This document shows, in pieces, positions 53,410 through 62,184 of a DNA stretch of 64,000 nucleotides. A program made the position numbers and the translations under genes. Each line of letters opens with the position of its first letter. Positions within the stretch are counted from its first letter, which is position 1. Location of the stretch: the NCBI GenBank assembly GCA_963708075.1, contig OY970194.1, forward strand, positions 1,120,001 through 1,184,000. The letters run 5' to 3'. Under the pieces are notes generated by a model. It was not told where the DNA came from and did not search any database. It was given only the letters and a program-made list of their open reading frames with translations. The stretch is from Sedimentisphaerales bacterium. GTDB taxonomy: Bacteria; Planctomycetota; Phycisphaerae; Sedimentisphaerales; Anaerobacaceae.

Positions 53410-54089
53410 AATTGGCTTTGTTTCGCACAACTGCCCATGCAGTTCACCGACAAACGGACCCGGCCGCCTGAATTGGCTTTGTTTCGCACGCCAGGCCCTC
53501 AGCGTGTAGTGCTTCGACTACTCTGATCTGGTGGATACCGGGTGGCAGCGGCAAGCGGGGTCTTCGGAGCTTGCCGATGGCGTGCAGACGCAGACACGAG
53601 CCATCGGCATGCTGGCGCTTGCCGCTGCCACCCATAATAAGCGATATTCTAAGCCTCGTTTCAGGGTGGCCGCAGTGGCAGGGTGTGCCGTGCACACCTT
53701 CTCCACGGGGAGGGAGTCCGCACTTGTCCCGGGCCCGGAAATTGGCTTTGTTTTCGCAGATACACAACGGATGACAATCTTTCATAACGCTTTTTCTGGA
53801 CAGCAGTTAGTGTTCGTCTGCCCTCCGGCCCATTGGCTTTGTTTCGCACGCCAAGCCCCGTTTGGAGTCCCGTAGGACAGGCTGTGACCGCCATTCGTCC
53901 GCCAGGCAAATTGGCTTTGTTTCGCACAATCGCTCGTTCCCTGCCGGGCGGCAGCGTCAAGCGAAGCTTGGCGATGGTCGTCCGGAGACGCCTCAGATTG
54001 GCTTTGTTTCGCATAACCATCCCTCAGCCGTCTTGTCGAATGGCTGACACCCGGCGTCCGCCACCAGGCAAATTGGCTTTGTTTCACGC
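53410..54089. repeat. Array of seven ~19-bp direct repeats AATTGGCTTTGTTTCGCAC
   Basis: Copies near 53410, 53471, 53740, 53831, 53909, 53996, 54071. Confidence 0.9.
53540..53633. repeat. REP-like family A copy inserted in the repeat array
   Basis: gggtggcagcggcaagc...gcttgccgctgccaccc. Confidence 0.85.
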
Positions 54090-54372
54090 GCCTTGACGCC
54101 CGCCTGCCGCGAGTCCTGCTTCATTGGTCATAGGAAACTCTCCGGAAATTTTTTGATTTCCGGCCCTCCGGCCTGGCTCGGTGTACCGGGTGAGATGTGG
54201 TCGTAAGACCATATATAGAGACGCTCCACGGGTCGGGATGTTGCAGGAATTTCCGCCACATGGTGAGAATACCCGCAAATGCCTGCGACACAGGGACTTA
54301 GGGCACCGGGGCGTTTGCGCCTTGCGATCTGGCCACTGTGCGTTGCCGGCCCCGTACTGTGGTGGCAAACAC

Positions 54373-54690
54373 GGGTGGCAGCGGCAAGCGGAGTCTTCGG
54401 AGCTTGCCGATGGCGTGCAGGCACTGACAGGGACCATCGGCAAGCCGACGCCGGGGGCCGGACCGGCGCTTGCGTGGGCGTGCGGATCCGATGCAGAACA
54501 TGCTTACGCGAGCGTAAGCATGGCACCCAGCCCCTGTGATGTCATTCCGGCGCAGGGCCTGCCCTCGACCTGATCGGGGGCGGGAATCCAGACTCGCGGG
54601 ACCTTCAGAGTTCGTAGGGTGGGTCCTTGACCCACGCGGTCCTTTTTCGGCGAGACACTCTTTGACGCGTGGGTTGAGAACCCACCCTAC
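54373..54690. repeat. Mosaic cluster of REP-like families A, B, C and D
   Basis: A arm 54373-54443, B half 54499-54528, C 54539-54591, D 54614-54690. Confidence 0.8.
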
Positions 54691-54999
54691 AGGCTTGCCG
54701 GCAGCCGCGGTTGACGTTCAAAGGCCCTTGATGTACATCTCGCTGGTTTCCCGACAGATTCTCCAGGAAAGCGCTTGCACCGTCCGGGCGCCGGTGGTAG
54801 AATGCATTGCAACGAGAAACCGGATACCGAAGGCGGGCAAGGAATCGATCATATTCCGAGCCGTTATCATATTCTCGTGTCGCTTTTCATACGCCGCCCA
54901 CCTTCGCGAGGTCGCCGGATGCCAGTGTCACCGCCGCACGGAGGTCACAGCAGGACCGGCCGCGTGGCGCCCCGTGCCGTGCATTGAAGGAGGCGGAAA

Positions 55000-56793
55000 A
55001 TGGCGAAGAAGAGAACGATCCCCGCAATCATCGTCTGTGCCCTCACTCTCATCTATTGCCCGCCAACCCCCGGCAAGATCATCTACGTCGACGACGACGC
55101 CAATGGACTTGGCAATGGTTCTTCTTGGCAGGACGCCTACAAGTACCTGCAGGGTGCTTTGGCGGATGCAGGTACGCCGAATGAGCCTGTAGAAGTCCGG
55201 GTGGCGCAGGGTGTGTACAGGCCGGACCGCAGTGCAGCGAATCCTCAAGGGACCGGAGACAGCCATATCTCATTTGACATTCCACGTGGCGTCACGTTGA
55301 TTGGCGGTTTTGCCGGTCTGGCAGCGGATGATCCAAGTGCCCGGGATGTCAAGCGAAATGAGACAATCCTCAGCGGGGACCTGGCGGGGAACGATGCGCC
55401 GATTGCCAACCCCGCAAATATTGCCAACGACCCGACGCGGGCAGACAACTCTCATCACGTGGTTACGATCATGGACAAGGGAGTAGGCGACAATCTTGTA
55501 TTTGCGGGTGAGGCGGCTTTTGATGGTCTTGTCATAACCGCCGGGCACATGCACGGCCACGTGACCAGGGAACCACGTCCAAATTGGATCTCGGGCGGAG
55601 GTCTGTATGTTGAGTTGCTCGTCAGCACTCTTAAGGAGCCGGTGCCTCCGCGTGTGACTCTGAGAGACTGTGTCTTCAGGGACAACTTTGCCGATTGGCA
55701 TGGTGGAGGAATGTGGATTGAGGGGGGGCGGCTGACTTTGGAAAGGTGCTTATTCACAAGCAATGGCAGTGATCGAAGCGGTGGTGGGTTGCAAACACTG
55801 GGTAACGCAGTCGAATTGTTGGATTGTGACTTCATTGCCAATCGTACGACAGAGTCAGGGGGCGGCGGCGGATGGGCTTGTTCATCACCTGCTGCAGTGG
55901 CTACTCGCTGCAGATTCACTGACAATTCCGCTGGTTGGGGTGGAGCGATCGCTGGCAACATGAGACTTGTCACCTGTACCATAACTGATAATGTGGCGAA
56001 GTACTACGGAGGGGGCATCGCTGGAGGCGGTCGGAAGGGGGAGTTTACGAACTGCTACTTTGCAGGTAATCAAGCGGGCACGAATGGGGGAGCAATAGCG
56101 GCCGGAGACGCCCTTGCCTTGAGCAACTGTGTGCTTGTTGGCAATAAGGCGCTCGAGAGTGGGGGTGGGGTAAGCGGGGCCAACATGGATTTCCAATTCG
56201 GCAACTGTACCTTCACGGAGAACCTTGCCCCCGAGGGAAGGTTCTTGGCGGACAAGACTCGTGCCTCCGGGCAGTCCAAAGCCCAAGTTGACAATTGCAT
56301 CGTGAATGATGGCGAGAATGAGATATGGAACGAGCATACGAACCTGACAGTTCGATATACCGACCTACGGGGTGGAGCCTCGATGATTCACGATCCATGC
56401 GGCCTCATCGAATGGGGCCCAGGCAATCTGGATGCGGACCCGTGCTTTGCTGACCTTGGCTATTGGGACCCGAATGGAACGCCTGACGATGCGAGCGATG
56501 ATTTCTTCGTTGCCGGGGACTATCATTTGAAGTCGCAGGCCGGACGCTGGGACCCGAACAGCGAAAGCTGGGTCATCGACGACGTGACCAGCCCCTGCAT
56601 CGACGCCGGCGATCCGAACAGTTCGGTCGGTGATGAGCCGCAGCCCAACGGGGGGCGGATCAACATGGGGGCTTATGGGGGGACGGTGGAGGCGAGCAAG
56701 TCTGTGGCGCCACCGCAGGTTCTCCTATTGCCTCCCTTGACTCACCGCTGGCTTTGGGGCTATGATGGTGAAAAAGGAGACATCGACCCGTGA
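55000..56793 (+). CDS. Secreted right-handed beta-helix protein with conserved C-terminal tail
   Basis: AAGGAGG RBS; IIYVDDDA...GSSWQDAY, VAQGVYRPD, ETILSGDL, GGG repeats; same tail as 11316 gene. Confidence 0.88.
   Translation: MAKKRTIPAIIVCALTLIYCPPTPGKIIYVDDDANGLGNGSSWQDAYKYLQGALADAGTPNEPVEVRVAQGVYRPDRSAANPQGTGDSHISFDIPRGVTLIGGFAGLAADDPSARDVKRNETILSGDLAGNDAPIANPANIANDPTRADNSHHVVTIMDKGVGDNLVFAGEAAFDGLVITAGHMHGHVTREPRPNWISGGGLYVELLVSTLKEPVPPRVTLRDCVFRDNFADWHGGGMWIEGGRLTLERCLFTSNGSDRSGGGLQTLGNAVELLDCDFIANRTTESGGGGGWACSSPAAVATRCRFTDNSAGWGGAIAGNMRLVTCTITDNVAKYYGGGIAGGGRKGEFTNCYFAGNQAGTNGGAIAAGDALALSNCVLVGNKALESGGGVSGANMDFQFGNCTFTENLAPEGRFLADKTRASGQSKAQVDNCIVNDGENEIWNEHTNLTVRYTDLRGGASMIHDPCGLIEWGPGNLDADPCFADLGYWDPNGTPDDASDDFFVAGDYHLKSQAGRWDPNSESWVIDDVTSPCIDAGDPNSSVGDEPQPNGGRINMGAYGGTVEASKSVAPPQVLLLPPLTHRWLWGYDGEKGDIDP
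56737..56766 (+). promoter_or_regulatory. Putative promoter TTGACT-N18-TATGAT for the TA pair
   Basis: Followed by AAAGGAG RBS and GTG at 56790. Confidence 0.5.
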
Positions 56794-57014
56794 CGACGAA
56801 AGAACTCATAGACGAGGTGGCTTCGCTGCCGGTGGAGGAACGGGCCATGGTGGCGGACTCGATTCTCCGCAGTCTGAATCCTCCCGAATCGGATATTGAC
56901 CGCAAGTGGGCGCAAGTCGCTCAACGCAGGCTTGCGGAATTGCGGTCAGGCAAAGTGAAGCCGATCCCCGGCGAGCGGGTCTTTGCCAAGGCTCGGAAGC
57001 GATTCGAAGAATGA
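56790..57014 (+). CDS. Addiction module antitoxin
   Basis: LPVEERA..A..IL.SL...W....RR..E..SG.V..IP pattern; ATGA overlap with toxin. Confidence 0.85.
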   Translation: MTTKELIDEVASLPVEERAMVADSILRSLNPPESDIDRKWAQVAQRRLAELRSGKVKPIPGERVFAKARKRFEE

Positions 57015-57304
57015 ACTTTTCCTTTCATCCGGAAGCCGAAGAGGAATTCCTCGGGGCCATGGATTACTATGAGGAACGCGAGGAGAATCTGGGCCTTGAT
57101 TTTGCCGCAGAGGTTTACGCTGCCGTCAGGCGTGCGGCGGAGCATCCAAAGGCATGGCCCATTCTCGATGGGGAAGTGCGCAGATGTCTGACGACGCGAT
57201 TTCCCTACGGCGTGCTCTATTCGGAGGAAGTGAACGGCATCTTCATCCTGGCGGTGATGCATCTCCACCGAGATCCCGACTACTGGAGGCATCGCCTCGA
57301 ATAG
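57011..57304 (+). CDS. RelE/ParE family toxin
   Basis: FHPEAEEEF..A.DYY...LG.DF...RRC...FPYG..Y....ILAVMHLHR.P.YW. Confidence 0.88.
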   Translation: MNFSFHPEAEEEFLGAMDYYEEREENLGLDFAAEVYAAVRRAAEHPKAWPILDGEVRRCLTTRFPYGVLYSEEVNGIFILAVMHLHRDPDYWRHRLE

Positions 57305-57334
57305 CCACGGGCACCCGCCAACTTCATCACGCCA

Positions 57335-58961
57335 TCAGCGACTGGGCCGCGCACTGTCACCCTCCGGCCAATTCCAAAGGAGAACGGCGGTTATGGACAG
57401 CGGCGGCAGGGACAGGTTCATCACGCCCTCTTCGATAGTAGCTGTGTCTTCCTGAAGGGCATTCTCGGCATGAGAACCGGAATGTCTCTGTGGCTGGGAG
57501 GTTGGAGAGCCTCAAGACCTTGCAGGTGCTTGCGGTGGCGGGGAAGTTGGCTATGGCGATGCGCACGTCTGTAGTTTGCGACAAGGACCGGTTCACTAAC
57601 ATGATCGTCAGGTCGTTGCTGTCGGGGCTGATGGATGCGTAGGCGGAGACGAGGTCCTCGCGATCCGACGTGGCCTGGACGCGGATCGGCTGGTTGTAGC
57701 GGCTGAACAGGTGCAGGACTTCCCACATGCCGACCTTCCAGCTCCAGGGCGTGAAGATCTCGACCCCTTCATCGGCGAAGACCCCGAGCGTGGAAGCATA
57801 CCAGACCGCCGTCACGTTGGGGTCGTCGCCCTCGATGCCCATCTCGGTGACACTCAGCGTCACGCCGTGGTTCGGGTCGAGGTACTGGTCGAGCCATGCC
57901 CGGCAGCGGGCGAAGATGTATTCCTTCCTGATGCTGTTGTCCCAGCCGGAGGAGCCGAGCCGCTTGACGCCGTTGGCGCCGGGATAGGTGTAGGTCTGGT
58001 CGAACCAGACGCGATGAAGTTGGACGATATCCGCTGGTTTCGTCTCGCCCGGATAGAAGTGGATGTCCAGCACGTCGAGCAATCGGATGCCGCTGACCTT
58101 CTGTTCGTCGCTGATGCGTTTGATGAAGTACTCCAGCCAGACATAGTTTCGGCCGCCGGACATGATCCGGCCGTTGTCCCAATTGTACCACTGCCATTCG
58201 TTCGCCGGCACCGGGCCGACGAGCTTGATCCCGGGGAACCGGGCGCGGGCCTTCTTCGCGACCTCGAGATAGGCCCGCATGAAGTCCTCGACCGGCGGCT
58301 GCTTCGGATACACGTCGTCGTGTGTGCCGCTCCAGATCTCCGGCTCGTTGTCCATGTTCCAGTAGAGCAGCCCGTTGGGGTCGAGCCCCAGGCCGTTCGG
58401 ATCGAACCAGTGGTCCAGGATGGCCGTCGTATCCTCGGCGGACCAGTCCATCAAGTACAGGCTCGTGTCGCCTTCTTTCTGGCCGCCTTCCGGCAGGGGC
58501 CCACCGCCTCCGGCCCAGTTGTTCCGCACGCCGTCCCACCACTGCGAGCGGTTGTATCCCCAATCGTTGAAATTGTGCGCCTTGGTGGAAGCGGCCTTGC
58601 CGATCAGTTGGAGCGACCACATCCCCTGCACGCCGGGCAGGTTCGCCTGCAGGCTCTTGGCCTCGAAATCCCAGTCGTGAGCATAGACGTTGTTATACCA
58701 GTCCGGGTGGCTGGACAGCTTCAGGGCCCAGTTGTACTTCGTGCTGTTGTTGCCGCCGCTTTCCCGCAGCATGCGCACGCCTGCGTCCCGGAGGAACTGC
58801 CAGTCCTTGGCCGCCGGCGGTTTCTTCGGATCGTCGGAGAGCGAGTTGTTCCGCCCGTACAGCCAGGGCGAGATCGCCTTGCGTCCCGACAGGGCATCCA
58901 CCTGAATCTCCGCCGCGAACGCACTGCCCGCCAGAACCAGAATCATCATCACACGCACCAT
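57335..58961 (-). CDS. GH44 endoglucanase-like protein; frameshift near 57475
   Basis: ISPWLYGRN, GGNNSTKYNW, MDNEPEIWSGTHDDV, RLLDVLDIHFYP; corrected end SHAENALQ...LPPLSITAVLL. Confidence 0.82.
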
Positions 58962-59083
58962 GCTCACCAGACTCCTACCTGTATTCGATCCTCCACCTCC
59001 GCGACCCATTGTATCACAAACTGCCGCCGCGGACCAGCCCGTTCCTTCGGGACACCAGCGACTCACTCATAGGAGACTAATTG

Positions 59084-59308
59084 GCCGGGTGCCATGTCTA
59101 CGCTCGCGTAGACATGTTCCACTCGATGGGCAAGGCATGCTTACGCGAGCGTAAGCATGGCACCCAAACCCTCAGGTTTCTTCCTGACACCCGCCGCGCA
59201 GCGGCTGACCGACCGGGTGGCAGCGGCAAGCGGAATCCTCGGAGCTTGCCGATGGCGTGCGGGTGTAGACACGAGCCATCGGCAAGCTGGCGCTTGCCGC
59301 TGCCACCC
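59084..59308. repeat. Adjacent REP-like family B (59084-59165) and family A (59215-59308) copies
   Basis: Close matches to 16237-16323 and 53540-53633. Confidence 0.85.
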
Positions 59309-59351
59309 GAACTTTGACGTGGTCAGATACCAGGGTTTGTGAGATGCAAGG

Positions 59352-60537
59352 CTATCCGCACTGGCCGCCGCAGCAGCATTCGCCGGGGCCGGAGGCGGCG
59401 CGGCGGGTGCGGGTGACGATTCTGGCGAGGGCCTGCAGAGCTTGTTCGATGTCGGCGGGGGTCGTGGTGCGGCCCATGCTGATTCGGATGGAGCCGAGGG
59501 CCTGCGCGGCGGGAAGGCCGATAGCCATGAGCACGTGCGACGGATCGAGCGAGCCGGAGGAGCACGCCGAGCCTGTAGAAACGGCGATGCCCTCCAGATC
59601 CAGAGCGAGCTGCACCGCCTCACCTCGGGTCTGGGCGAAGGAGACGTTCAGCGTCCCCGGCAGCGAATCCGTCGGATGGCCGTTGAAGGTCGCTTCGGGG
59701 ATCACTCTCTTGATGCCTTCCCTCAACGCTCGCTTGAGCATGGCCAGGTGCGTCGCTTCCTCGGCCATCTCCGCCTTTCGCATCTCGATGGCCTTGGCGA
59801 AGCCGACGATTCCAATCGTGTTTTCCGTGCCGGCTCTGCGGCCGCGCTCCTGGTGCCCGCCCCGGATCAGCGGCTGGAACGGTGCGCCCTCGCGGACGTA
59901 CAGGGCGCCGACGCCCTTGGGGCCGTAGAGCTTATGCGCGGAGAAGGACAAATAATGGGCGCCGATCTCATTGACGTTCACGGGGATTTTGCCGACGGCC
60001 TGCACGGCGTCGGTATGGAACAGGGCGCCTCGCTCCTGACACATCTTCGCGATGGGCCCGACGTCCTGGATTGTTCCGATTTCGTTGTTGGCAGTTATCA
60101 CGGAGACCAGGCCCGTCGCATCGCTCAGCAGGCCTTCGAGCTGATCGAGATAGATTTTGCCGGTCTCATCCACGTCGAGATAGTGGACCGGCAGGCCGAG
60201 ATCGGCCATGTGCGCCGCCGCTCGCAGGACGCAGGGATGCTCGATGCTCGTGGTGATGATCTCCCGCCTGGCTGAGGGCTGGCTGGACAGAGCATTGAAC
60301 ACAGCGTTATTGGCCTCGGACCCGCTGCCTGTGAAGACGATCTCCTCCGGCTTTGCCCCGATGAAGTCGGCGATCACCCGCCGGGAGTTCTCGACCAGCT
60401 CGCGCCTGCCTGCCGGCTTCGTGATAGCTGGAGGGATTGCCAAACACCTCCATTGCCTCCGTCATGGCCTTCGTCACTTCCGGATGCAGAGGTGTCGTCG
60501 CGTTGTGATCGAGATAGATGCTGCGAGGTTTATCCAT
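59352..60537 (-). CDS. iscS: Cysteine desulfurase (IscS/NifS), frameshifted near 60410
   Basis: [10 protein letters not shown]...GNPSS in ORF 60307..60537; [25 protein letters not shown] in ORF 59352..60443. Confidence 0.9.
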
Positions 60538-60565
60538 GCTCTCTTTCTGTTATGTCAGGACGGTT

Positions 60566-60611
60566 GGGTGGCATCGGCAAGCTCCGAAGACTCCGCTTGC
60601 CGCTGCCACCC
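60566..60611. repeat. Short REP-like family A copy between mnmA and iscS
   Basis: gggtggcatcggcaagc...gcttgccgctgccaccc. Confidence 0.8.
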
Positions 60612-60625
60612 GTCGATTCATTCAT

Positions 60626-61705
60626 CTATGTCACCACACTCTCAATGATGCCGCCGCCGATGACGATGTCGCCGTCGTACAGCACTGCCGACTGGCCGGC
60701 GGTGACGGCGAATTGCGGCTCCTCAAATTCCAATAGAACCTTGTCGCCTTCGACTCGGATCCGCGCCTTGACTTCAGGCGAGCGGTATCGCACCCGGGCG
60801 CCAAGCTGCTTCTCCGCGGGCAGGCCGGCGGGGAAGATGCAGTCTGTCAGGCGGCAACCTTTGGCCATGGCCTGCTTTCGCGAGCCGACGATGACGCGGG
60901 CGTTTTCGGCGTCGAGCGCCACGACGTAACGGACGTGCTCCGTCCCGATCCCGAGGCCCTTGCGCTGGCCGATGGTGAAGTAGTGGACGCCGTCGTGCCT
61001 TGCCAGTACGTTGCCGTCGGTATCGACCACGTCGCCGGGTCGGCTGCCCAGCCGCGGCGCCAGGAACGAGCGGAGATCGTCCGGCACAAAACAGATCTCC
61101 TGGCTTTCCTTCTTTTGGGCCACGGGAAGCCGCCGCTCCTTCGCCATCGCGCGTACCTGCTCCTTGGTGTACTCGGCCAGCGGGAAAAGGATGTGCGCGA
61201 GCTGCTCGGAATTGAGGCGATATAGAAAGTAGGATTGGTCTTTCCGGCTGTCGGCGGCCTTGCCCAGATGATTCACGCCGTCTCGCTGCACGATCCGGGC
61301 GTAGTGCCCGGTGGCGAGGAATTCGACATCCATCGCCCGCATCATTTCGAGCAAACGGCCGAACTTGAGGTACTCGTTGCAGCGGATGCAGGGGTTGGGT
61401 GTCCTGCCCCGGGCGTACTCGCTGAGGAAGTCCGCCACGACCAGCCGCTCCAGGTCCTTCTCGAAACCCAGCACGTGGTGGCGGATGCCGAGGATCTCGG
61501 CCACGCGGCGCGCATCGGCGACGCTGTCGGCGCCGCAACAGGCGGGCCGGCCGGTCGTCGGCTCCGGCAGGCTGAAGCACATCGTTACGCCGATGACCTC
61601 GAAACCCTGGTCCTTCAGCAGGGCGGCGGCGACGGAGGAATCGACGCCTCCGCTCATTGCCACCGCGACGCGGCCCCTTGCAGGTTTTTGCACATCCATC
61701 GTCAT
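60626..61705 (-). CDS. mnmA: tRNA 2-thiouridylase MnmA
   Basis: AMSGGVDSSV, TPNPCIRCN, ATGHYA, KDQSYFL, ESQEICF, FTIGQRKGLG. Confidence 0.97.
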   Translation of the reverse strand: MTMDVQKPARGRVAVAMSGGVDSSVAAALLKDQGFEVIGVTMCFSLPEPTTGRPACCGADSVADARRVAEILGIRHHVLGFEKDLERLVVADFLSEYARGRTPNPCIRCNEYLKFGRLLEMMRAMDVEFLATGHYARIVQRDGVNHLGKAADSRKDQSYFLYRLNSEQLAHILFPLAEYTKEQVRAMAKERRLPVAQKKESQEICFVPDDLRSFLAPRLGSRPGDVVDTDGNVLARHDGVHYFTIGQRKGLGIGTEHVRYVVALDAENARVIVGSRKQAMAKGCRLTDCIFPAGLPAEKQLGARVRYRSPEVKARIRVEGDKVLLEFEEPQFAVTAGQSAVLYDGDIVIGGGIIESVVT

Positions 61706-61778
61706 CCATTGATCCTTGGGCCGCCATACATGGGCCTTCGGCCCACCACGAGAAGATGAAGAAGGCCTTGGTCCGCTC

Positions 61779-61853
61779 GTAGGGTGGGTCCTTGACCCAC
61801 GCGGTCTTTCGAGCGAAAGATACGTTGACGCGTGGGTTGAGAACCCACCCTAC
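61779..61853. repeat. REP-like family D (GTAGGGTGGG...CCCACCCTAC)
   Basis: Arms identical to 54614-54690 with a variable loop. Confidence 0.85.
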
Positions 61854-62184
61854 ACGTCAACGCCACGTTCTCTCGCGGGGACTTGCCCATAATTTACTCG
61901 TTTGCCATCGACAAGACCTTCATACTTCTCCGGCCTGGAAAGAACTAATCTTGGGCGGCCCGGGCCATCCATGTATTTCCTTCTCCCGGCGTTCTTGTTC
62001 GATGAATTCACGATCGGCAGGAAAAGTCCCACCATAGTCATAGGGATGGTAGTCTTCGCACCGCGGGCTGTCAAGCTTCCTATCTGGGGTATCGTCGTGC
62101 TTGAAGGATATCGTCCGGCGTGCTACACTTGCCGCCGGACCTGAACGCAATGGCCTGCGAATACCGCCAGTTAAGGATTGAGAC

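Noticed and set aside
53410..54089. CRISPR array
   Set aside because: Repeat is only ~19 bp, spacing is irregular (61-269 bp), spacers share flanks and there are no cas genes in the window
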